DNA from: the human T2T-CHM13v2.0 reference genome, Homo sapiens
DNA length: 64,000 bases
Assembly: GCF_009914755.1 (NCBI RefSeq)
Contig: NC_060929.1
Direction: 5' to 3' (one strand)
Part shown: one piece after another, positions 54,428 to 64,000 of the stretch
Numbering within the stretch: the first letter of the stretch is position 1
Layout of the letters: every line of letters begins with the position of its first letter
Translations under genes and position numbers: made by a program
Notes under the pieces: generated by a model
Database searches by the model: none
Told to the model about the DNA's origin: nothing
What the model saw: the letters and a program-made list of their open reading frames with translations, nothing else

Positions 54428-54639
54428 TTACAGCAGAATGCAAATGACATTCACAGTAGAGAACTCCAGAAGATGTGGACATTTCAGAAGAGACCCAACT
54501 TCGGTCACCTTGGACAATTCTTTCTGACAGATCTAGAGCAAAGCTTAAGGGATCTGAGGGCACCGATTCAAAGGCTGTTTCTGGGGCTGCAGGAGAAGAG
54601 AAGTGCCTCTGAGGTTTCGTCCTAACTATAGGACCTTGC

Positions 54640-54688
54640 TAGAGTTGCCAGATTTAGCAAACTTATAAATTAAAACCCGGCAACCCTA
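54640..54688. mobile_element. Miniature MER53-like remnant (termini only)
   Basis: tagagttgccagatttagcaaa ... ccggcaacccta; inverted termini match 10/12. Confidence 0.6.
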
Positions 54689-55195
54689 GACCTTGGGTAT
54701 GTCATAGAACTGCAACAAGCCTCGGTCTCTTCATCTTTAAAATTGGGATAAAAAAGTAACTGCCTCGTGAGTGTCCTGTAAAGCTTAAATGAATCAAATA
54801 AGACTAGTAGGAGATGCATTGAGAAAGTTTCGCCTAAAAGAGCTAAGCAATGAAAACAAATTGGGGAACTTTCCAAACGTGCCTATCTTTCTTTAGCTCT
54901 GAGCATGCAGGTCAGGGAGAGCTCTCCCAGGCCAGTGTTAAGGGAGACACCAGCCCCTACCTGGGAGATGTATTAGGTTAGGCCTGGCTTGGGGATTTCC
55001 ATGGAGTTAGGATCCGGCATGGGATCATAAGCCATAAGGAGGAGGGGGACACATAATGACCATGTCGAATGTCACTCTGCTGTCATTGCAATGCCTTGTA
55101 TAAGCCAGAAATGCCACAACAGTCTGCAGTGCTGTTGCCGGTTGACAGAATCATGTGCCTTTAGCACCAAAGAAATGTGTGTGACTTGAGTGTCA

Positions 55196-55686
<491 letters not shown>

Positions 55687-56599
55687 CTACTTGTATCACT
55701 TATCTAATTGCAGATGAAAATGTAGTTCTTTTTTATAGATGCAAGTAGCTTACATTCCAAAAAGAAATTATCCTCCCCCACCCCACCCCAGATTAGCTCT
55801 TTCCTCATAAGAAGCTGACCATACTGACATTAAGCATATCAGAGGCTGAGGAGGACTACCCCTTGCCTGTGTTTTCATTCCCTGCTACCTAATCAGGTCC
55901 TGGGAGATAGAACTAATTTTTTTAACGTGATGTTTCTTTCCATCAGAATCAAGTTTTAAATGTTTCAGGTTAGCTATGTGAAATCCACTTAACTTAAAAC
56001 CATTTGCAAGAGAGATCAAATCCAATTTGCTAATACAGGACTTTTTTTTATTTCTGAGTTTGAAAAAATCTTGAGCTAACCATGTCAGAAATTAAAAATT
56101 GAAAAGGACTCTGGCAGCCTCCCCATGTGCCTAATTTGGCTTTGCTGAACAAATGACCAAATTGGAATGAGAATTACATACAGGATTTGCTCAACATCCT
56201 TACTTCTTCAACTCATTTCTCACTCCTGAAAAAGTACCAAGTTTGCATGCAGGAGGGAACATATCTATATTGACCACAATGGCGTCAAACCAGGTAGAAA
56301 TAGAAAAATGGTGATTTTAGATTCTAGCTGTGAATAAACTTCTACAGTAGAAGATATTTGTCATAGAAACTCAATTTAATGAATTTAGGATCAGAAAGGA
56401 CCATAATGGTCTTTTTTTTTTTTTTTTTGGCTAATTTTATTAACAGGTTATTTTGTTCATGCCCTACCTTGCAAAGAGTAGTAATAAAAATATTAAGCGG
56501 GTAAGAGGAGGAGGCTTCTCTGAAGTCCACCTCATTTTGTCTTTAATAAGGCATTACATTGCACACAGACACCAGAATTCTCTGTCTTTCTTTAAGGAG

Positions 56600-57560
56600 A
56601 TGGAAGAGGACAGTAGAGAGAGCACCAGAGAGTCCAAAGATCAAGGTTCAAATCCTGGCTCAGTCAGCCATTAGCTGTCATGACCCTAGGCAAGTCATTT
56701 CACTTAAGTAGGGCTCAGGGTCACCATCTGTCTATACAGCAAAAGTCTGGACCAGATGGCCTTTGAGGCCCATCTTAACAGTACCTCTGCCATTCTAATG
56801 TGACACAGAAAAGGAAACCACAGAGGTTTCTCTGAAGGAGGGGGTTCAGGCAAATGAGAGAATAATACCTAGGTGAATAGAACCCCAGTCTTCACTGATG
56901 CTTAGTGTTGAGCTGATGGTTGTCAGTGGATGGAGTGATACTCAAGAGCTTCAGGTGTCACACAGCTCAGGTTCAAATCCCACCTCTAACACTTACCAGC
57001 TGCGTGTTACTTCAGCACTCTGAGCCTCAATTTCTTCATCTGCAAGATGGGAAAGCATTATATATCTCATAAAATTCGTAACAGTTGCTTATCACAGAGC
57101 CTGGCACATGCAAAGGACTCAATAAGAGTTAGCCATGATCACCATTGTTACAAAACAACCCAAGACCCAGCAGGAGGTGAGATGTTTCTTGAGTGCCTCC
57201 TGTGTGCCGGTTGCCCCCACCCAGATCCTCACCACTTTTGCACCTTCTCCACCCTATAAGGTCAGTGTGAGCAAGAAAATGTGGCTAAGAGCACACGCTT
57301 GGCTCTAAAACCAGCTGCCCCACCTACCAACCCTGTCAACACCTTTATGCCTCCACTCCTTCCTCCGTAAAATGGGAATCATAGTTCTTACCTCTAGGTT
57401 TACTGTAAAGAGCAAATGAGGTGAGCATATAGAGGGCTTAGAACAGTGGTTGACACTGAGTCAGTACGTTACAAAAATGTTAGTTGTTATCATAGCTAAG
57501 GAGAGTGAAGCTCAGAGAGGTAAATCTGTTTGCCCAAGGTATCCGCTTATGCATAGTTGT
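56600..57560. mobile_element. Cluster of MIR fragments (sense ~56600-56780, 56930-57150, 57270-57490)
   Basis: ggttcaaatcctggctc..tagctgtcatgaccctaggcaagtca; tgagcctcaatttcttcatctgcaagatggg; cctccgtaaaatgggaatcatagt. Confidence 0.75.
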
Positions 57561-57607
57561 GCAGAAATGTGAACCCTGATTGACATGAACCTGGCATATA
57601 TATCCCA

Positions 57608-57771
57608 GAGATCTGGGATAGGGAGATCCTTCCTCCCTTATACCTGGTTCCTAAGGCCCCTCCTGGCCTGTTCCCCCAGTTTCAGGATGGAGATCCAGGA
57701 TAGGGAGATCCTTCCTCCCTTATACCTGGTTCCTAAGGCCCCTCCTGGCATGTTCCCCCAGTTTCAGGATG
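57608..57771. repeat. 82-bp tandem duplication (79/82 identical)
   Basis: Copies at 57608-57689 and 57690-57771. Confidence 0.96.
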
Positions 57772-60019
57772 GCTGCCTGTGGGCTCCAGAGTTCAGATCA
57801 GAGGGCTCACTGGGAGCAGTTTGTTGAGGGCTGCTGGGGACTTGGGAAGGGAAATAAATCCCAACCCTCTCCTCCCTTGCCTGCAGCCACTGAGGGGAGA
57901 AAGTGCCCTAGGAATGGAGTATCTCGGGTGTCCTAATTGGCACACTCTGACCCCCTTGCCTCTCCTCCTTGCAGAAGGCTATTTTTCATGAGAGAGTTCT
58001 TTCTCTTTGTTCCAGTGCTCATTGCACATCTACGGATCGATATGACATCTTATCCTCTAAAACATTCATAATGTCTGCTTCCTAGGATTCTGGTGGCCGC
58101 GTGCCACGTGCAGCCTGCGTCTTCTTTCCTTTGTAGTCAGTGGTCTCACCGATCTGCCCCTCTTTAACGGGGCTGCTGGTTGCCGTTCTTTGAAGAAAGA
58201 CAAATATTGTTTGGGTTGTCAACAGTGAATGACAAGCTCGGAGGGGAGAAAGATCCATTTAGGTGTAGATGTGTGTATTGTGGGGATGTGTTTCGTTATC
58301 AGAAAAGCTCTTAAAATCCCAGACCATGATTTATTTGGTGAATAAAACCTACCGATATTATCATTCTCTAAAGGTATTTTGATCACATGGGTCCTTTCTT
58401 GGAGAAAGAAAAGCTTTTATTTCTTAACCAGGAAAAAAATTGCAGCAGGAACGGGGTGGTCTGCGGTGGGAAACGACACTCTGTGCGGCTAATGGCTCCA
58501 GGCTTGTGTTTATCTGCATGAGGCTGAGCTGACTTGGTGGACAATAGGATGCCTGACTAGCATTGCCAGTCAGGTGCATTCCTGGCCACCCCGCACAAGG
58601 AAAAGAAAGTGGCTGTGAGCACATGTGTCTTTCTTATGTATTGATCTTTCCAGTGATGCTGAGAGCTAGGGGGTGTGGTTAGAGGTCACCTCGGCACACC
58701 AGATGCCACACACTCGCAGTGTCAACAGCACCCACCTGCAGTGCACCTGCAGCAGCGGGTTCCAGGAGACAAGGGGAGGGACGCTGCCAGTCGGGGAGCC
58801 CCACGCATCCTGAAGCTGACAGGAGCCCCATTTGTTTTCTGCAAACACAGCAATTGATTAATCTCGTACCACCTCCCACTCACTGTACCATCCTGAGCCT
58901 GTCATGAGAATAGATTAATTCTCTGGTCTTTCCCTGTGGATTCTTCTTGTCTCAAGAACACACTGCTCCCTGATCCCAGAGCTGCCTCACGCAACTATCA
59001 CCTTGTTCTCATGGCAGACACAAAGGAGGGGACAGAAAGCCTTGCTACTTTTGTGAGGGACTAGAAGTAGGAAGGCAGCAGACAAAATCCCTGCTGAGGA
59101 CAGTTTTGGGACTGTAGCTGGAAGATTTGAGTTCCTCTAGAGAGGTGAATGCAGGTGAGTTTCTCCAATGCCCCCTCTCATTTTGATGATCTTGCCACGA
59201 TTCTGGGATTGTATCTGCCTCTCATCTTTCCTCTTCTTTGTAATTCCTGAGCCATAAGCCTTGCAACCATTTGGAGCTGCAAGCTGGAAGTCGGACAGAG
59301 GCTAGTAAGCTTTCAGAACATTCTCGGGAGATAGGTGCACAAATCCCATTACCGTTAAAGGGATTTGTGGGTGTAACTTCCATGCAGTGCTTTGAAAATT
59401 CATTCCACTCAGTGTATTGCAACACTGTCTGGGAAAAATAGGAGAAATCACTTCACCAAGGTGGTTAGAAAAGGATTTTTGGTAACCCTTTAAGATTTAA
59501 ATTTTTAAACTCCTTTTAAGACTTAAGGCATTTCCAAGAATGTTATCCCACATAGTTTTGTTTGCATTACTTCTTTCAGGCTGAAGGTAATTTTGGCACT
59601 GACAGCATTCCTAAAAATAATAATACATTGCAGTGGGCCCCCTCCTCTTTGAGGAAGAGGCACTGCACTCAACTGCATCCCCAAAGGATGACAAGCAAAC
59701 TGACAAGGGAAAAAACACCAAACATGTTGTTGACTGGCCTGACTGGCAATTGAAGTTGCCGAGCAGATTTATTTTACGTTGACAATGGTGGTTCAAGTTA
59801 AATAGCAAACTAGTTGCCAACCAAGGACATATTCGTAGAGACTAATGGCTGCTTACAAAGGGAAGTGTGTATTCATGAGTGAGCCTTGACAATATTTAGT
59901 AAGTAAGTGATTCTATAGCCTACCTGTCCTGTTCGGTCTTGTCTAAGTAGTGGTTCACTTGGAAACCTCAGAGGGCCGATGTCCTCCAGTGAGAACTCTG
60001 AATGGAGTCTCTAGGAGGA

Positions 60020-60190
60020 CAGTATGGGAATTTAGAACTCTGACTCTGAAGTTGCATGTGTCTGGGTCTAAATCCCAGATTTCCCACTTACTGGCTGAAT
60101 TGTCTTGGGCAAGTCTCTTAACCTCTCTAAGCTCCTATTTCTTTATCTATAAAATGTAGATTATATTACCACCTAATCCAGTGAGAATGA
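60020..60190 (+). mobile_element. MIR
   Basis: tgggtctaaatccc..ccacttactggctg..cttgggcaagtctcttaacctctct..tctataaaatg. Confidence 0.8.
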
Positions 60191-60509
60191 AGGGGAAAAA
60201 GTAAGCGTTCATCTTCTTCAAAATCCAGTGTCATCCCTTCTCTTCCAAACAAAAGGCAAAGCTCCTCAAAGGCAACTACTCCTTCACCCTGCCCGTCCCT
60301 TCACCCACCACTCCTCCTTCTCACTAACTCCACTCCCCTTCGGCGTGCTCTTCCCCAGACGTCAGCATAAACTGCTTTCTCAATTCCTTTATGTCTTTGC
60401 TCAAATGTTACCTATCACAAATGCCATCCTTGACCAGACTACATTAAATGAAAAAAGGAAGAAATTTTCAATGCATCCCCCACCTGCGAGTGCCTCTGAA
60501 CCCTAAACC

Positions 60510-60665
60510 TGGCTTTTCACTTATGTGTTTAGTTTCTACACCTGCCTCTAGAATGTAGGTTCCATGACAGCAAGGATTTTGTCTTGTTAAAACTGCTTTA
60601 CTCCTGGTGCCTAGGACACATCTGACACCCAGTGGGTGTTTAGTAAATATGTGCTGACTGGCAAA
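60510..60665 (+). mobile_element. L2 3' end
   Basis: ctagaatgtaggttccatgacagcaaggattttgtct...gtgcctaggacac...tagtaaatatgtgctga. Confidence 0.7.
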
Positions 60666-62115
60666 TTATGAATATATGCTGCATGCAAATAATGAGCCCA
60701 ATACCTGGCACATGGTCAAAATGAACGTTAATTGTCACCATCACCATTGAGTAGACTTATTCACATGTGTTAATTTTCACTGCTGATTGCAAAGGGGCCT
60801 TTGCAGGTTGCCTATGCAAGTTCAGGGTAAGCAGTTGTGCATGTTAGCCCTGATTATTCCACTGTGGTTCTCTCCTCCCAGCAGTGGCACTTTTGGAATT
60901 GGTATATTTCCCCCAGGAGCCCCGACATTGTTGACTTAATTGGCTGGTGCAGAGGCACGGAGACCCAGCCCTAACCCTTTCTGTCATCCTACCTGGTCTC
61001 TGAATGAGCTCTGCCATCATCTCTAAGGCCCTTGTGTATCTGATGGCATGCTGAGCCCCAAGACCCAGCAGGCATGGCTCTCTCCTCCTGCTCCCTGAGC
61101 TCTGCTTGGCCTGCAGTCTTCCATTTTCAAAGGGAAAGCCCAATCTCCTCCTCGCGTTATGTATCGACAAGTCTGATCTTTAAAGACACCCCCTGCTCCT
61201 GGGGGCCTGCTCGGCAAACACAGAGCATCCGTGGCCTCCATGTTTGCCCTCTTTGACAAGCAGGGGCTGAGCAGCTCTCTGGGAAGTATTGCTGACATAT
61301 TGATTGACTCTCTTGTCAGGTTGATCCTCTGCCAGCCAATGAACACAGAAGGTTCTAAGTGGCACCCAGCAGGGCCCACACATTCCCTAATTACTATTTC
61401 ATACAACCCCCATTCCAAGCTGCCACTTTTCTGGCCCTATAATCTCCCTGTCCTGTGGTTGCTGGAGAATCCTCAGTTACTCGCAACGAACCCTGCTCCC
61501 TTTCTCGGGTGTCACTCCCTTGCAGTATTGCCTTTGGAACCCACCTGGCACAAAAACACAGCAACTTCAATAAGAAAATATCACACCCTCACTCCACGTA
61601 GGTCTGTTTATTATCCTTACTGAAATCGGGGATCTGTGTGTGGTCCCACCATCCTGTCTTGGTTCCCTTCAGAATGCCATGAAAGTTTTCTCCAATTAGC
61701 CGGAGGGATACTCTCAGAGTTTGGCTGCCTATTGTGTTTTAAGTGGCTGGCTTCCCAGCTGCCACCTGGATTTCATGAGTTTCCGCTCAGAGCCCTTCCC
61801 CATCCCATCCTTAGTGACCCATGGAGCCCGAGGGTCTCTCTGAAGCGGAGCCTGTCAGATCATGATGAATTGTACATTTTGGCTGTCAGTGAGAGGGAGG
61901 AATGTTAGGGAGAGGGCCTCCCAAACTCATTTCACTTTTGACCCCCAGATGATTTGGACCAGGCCTTTTGGGATGAACTGCTAGAGCATTCAAGGTGGGG
62001 CGGGAGAGGGAACCACCCCAGTGCATCCAGGATCTCTTGAGGAGACCAGCATTTATTTGAAATCTTGAGATGAAGCAGCAATAACTCTGGCTACTCTGAG
62101 GTTTCTCAGCTTTCT

Positions 62116-62262
62116 TTTTTTTTTTTTAACTAATTAAATTTTTGGTAGAGATAGGGTCTTCCTATGTTACACAGGCTGGTCTTGAACACCTGGCCTCAGG
62201 CAATCCTCTTGCCTCAATCTCCCAAAGCACTGGGATTATAGGCGTGAGCCACCCCATCCAGC
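62116..62262 (-). mobile_element. Free left Alu monomer (FLAM_C-like)
   Basis: Single antisense monomer with T-tail; TSD ctcagctttct at 62105-62115 and 62262-62272. Confidence 0.9.
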
Positions 62263-62493
62263 TCAGCTTTCTAAGTCTGCTTCTGAGAGTAAATTAAAAT
62301 TGGAGGTATGATGATATCACATTTACAGTGCTGTTTTTTGTTGTTGTTCATAGAAGCAAATATAGTGGCCCAAAGTATGTGCTAATTCTCTCTGGCTGAG
62401 TTTCAGAAAGGACCTTAACCCAATAAAACCTAAAGGGATGCACAGAGATTTGCTGTATAAAAATGCCATTTCCTAGTTTCCTTATAGGTGAAA

Positions 62494-62660
62494 GTATCAG
62501 TCAAGCTAGCCTCAGACAGGCTGCTGTAACAAACAATCCCAAACTCTCAGTGGCTTATAACAGTAACAGTTCATGTCTTCATACATGCTGTATTCTATCA
62601 CTGGTCAGCCATGGCTGTAGCCCACGTCATCTTCACTGAAGACCCAGAATGGCTATGTGA
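62494..62660 (-). mobile_element. MaLR LTR fragment (MLT1I/J-like)
   Basis: gtatcagtcaag...gctgctgtaacaaacaatcccaaactctcagtggcttataaca. Confidence 0.7.
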
Positions 62661-63008
62661 TAAAGTATGTGCTGAATTCAACAGTATAAAGAAATCTAAC
62701 CCCTCTCGGGAAGGGGTGTGGTCATTCACCAACCCCAATGAGATTATTATGAGTTTTGAAACAAAGAAGAGGTTTGCTGAGACTCCATTACCCATAGAAT
62801 CTGTAACCAGATCACTATGAAATATGAAGCAGATAGCCACCTCCCACAGTAATTTCCTTCTGATTCTGAAATCCCTGTTCTCAAACTTCACAGTCAATAG
62901 TTTCCTCATCTGTGAAATGGGGTTGATAATAGTACCTACCTGTGAGTCTTAAGATAATGCCTTTAGAATGTCTACTATGGTACCTGGCTATAGAAAAGGT
63001 TCAATGAT

Positions 63009-63260
63009 GGTGGGGCGCGGTGGCTCACGCCTGTAATCCCAGCACTTTGGGAGGCCGAGGTGGGTGGATCACGAGGTCAGGAGATCAAAACCATCCTGGC
63101 TAACACGGTGAAACCCCGTCTCTACTAAAAATACAAAAACAAAATTAGCCAAGCATGCGGGCGCCTGTAGTCCCAGATACTCGGGAGGATGAGGCAAGAG
63201 AATGGCCTGAACCCAGGAGGCAGAGCTTGCAGTGAGCCTAGATAGCGCCACTGCACTAAA
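63009..63260 (+). mobile_element. AluY lacking its 3' end and poly-A, inserted in a MIR
   Basis: Y diagnostics ggatcacgaggtcaggagatc, accatcctggctaacacgg, gaatggc, gagcttgcag; perfect TSD agaaaaggttcaatgat at 62992-63008 and 63261-63277. Confidence 0.95.
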
Positions 63261-64000
63261 AGAAAAGGTTCAATGATTGGCAGCAGGTGTTGATATGCTG
63301 ATGATTAAAATATCCTTCCCTTTGCAAACTAGTCCATATTGCTACCAGCACTGTTTTATCCCATCTTCTATGCCTCTGATTAGGTGTTTTTTAATTTATA
63401 AGCATATAACATCCTACAATCCAACCCCCCAAATCTGCCCCCCGTGTATCATTATCTATTCTAATAAATATTGATGGAGTGCCATTTATATTCAAGACAC
63501 TGTCAGATCTTTTGGGGGTTGCAGATGTGTAACCTCTCTGTGGCCCTTAAGGAGCCATTATTCTACCTGTACAGGGAAACCTTTATGAAAGGTAAAGGGA
63601 GAGATTGATTGAGAGACTGATTTCTCAGCCCAAGCCATAGAGCAAATCAGTAGCAGAATAAGAAATAGGGCTCTCATTAGTCAGGAAACTCATTTACTTC
63701 ACAGCTCCCTGGGGTCTTTATCCTAAGGACACTTTAGTCCCTCCCCACCGGCCAGAGAGAGCATCTCGTTTTCTTACTCAAGTGAGAGAGAAAGAATGGC
63801 TGATTAAAAAAAAAAAAAAGTGCCAACAAAAACCTATTTCAGACGCTCCCAAAAAACAAGAGAAGGTGGTTATACCCCAGATATAATTCTCACTTATTTA
63901 CTTAATGTTCAGTTCAACAACAGAAAATATGCCCAAACTTGAGTTTCATTTTTGTTGCATTGCTTCTTTTGGAAGGACAGGTCTCATGTTCAGCAGATTT

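Noticed and set aside
60844-61908. Cluster of 90-131 aa ORFs on both strands
   Set aside because: No teneurin or other recognisable similarity; the next TENM2 exon is not among them.

Overview
Primate genomic DNA, most likely human (Alu J/S/Y, L1PA/L1PB, MIR, L2, MLT1 and MER elements). The window lies inside the teneurin-2 gene (TENM2/ODZ2) on the + strand. Only one coding exon is supported: 11847-12085 (239 nt, AG...GT bounded), encoding the end of the intracellular domain and the type II transmembrane helix. The rest is intronic: about 11.8 kb upstream and more than 51.9 kb downstream, with the next exon not visible in the window. The other ORFs in the track are Alu-derived, low-complexity or chance. 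I found no convincing undescribed protein-coding system. The best leads are a candidate 7-nt stop-introducing microexon, a candidate recursive splice site, E-box and octamer motif clusters in repeat-poor blocks, an RE1-like duplicated motif, and several mechanistically informative insertion scars (twin-primed L1, tail-less AluY, three-armed Alu, local inverted and dispersed duplications). Repeat families and subfamilies were called by eye from remembered consensus sequences; boundaries of old elements are approximate.
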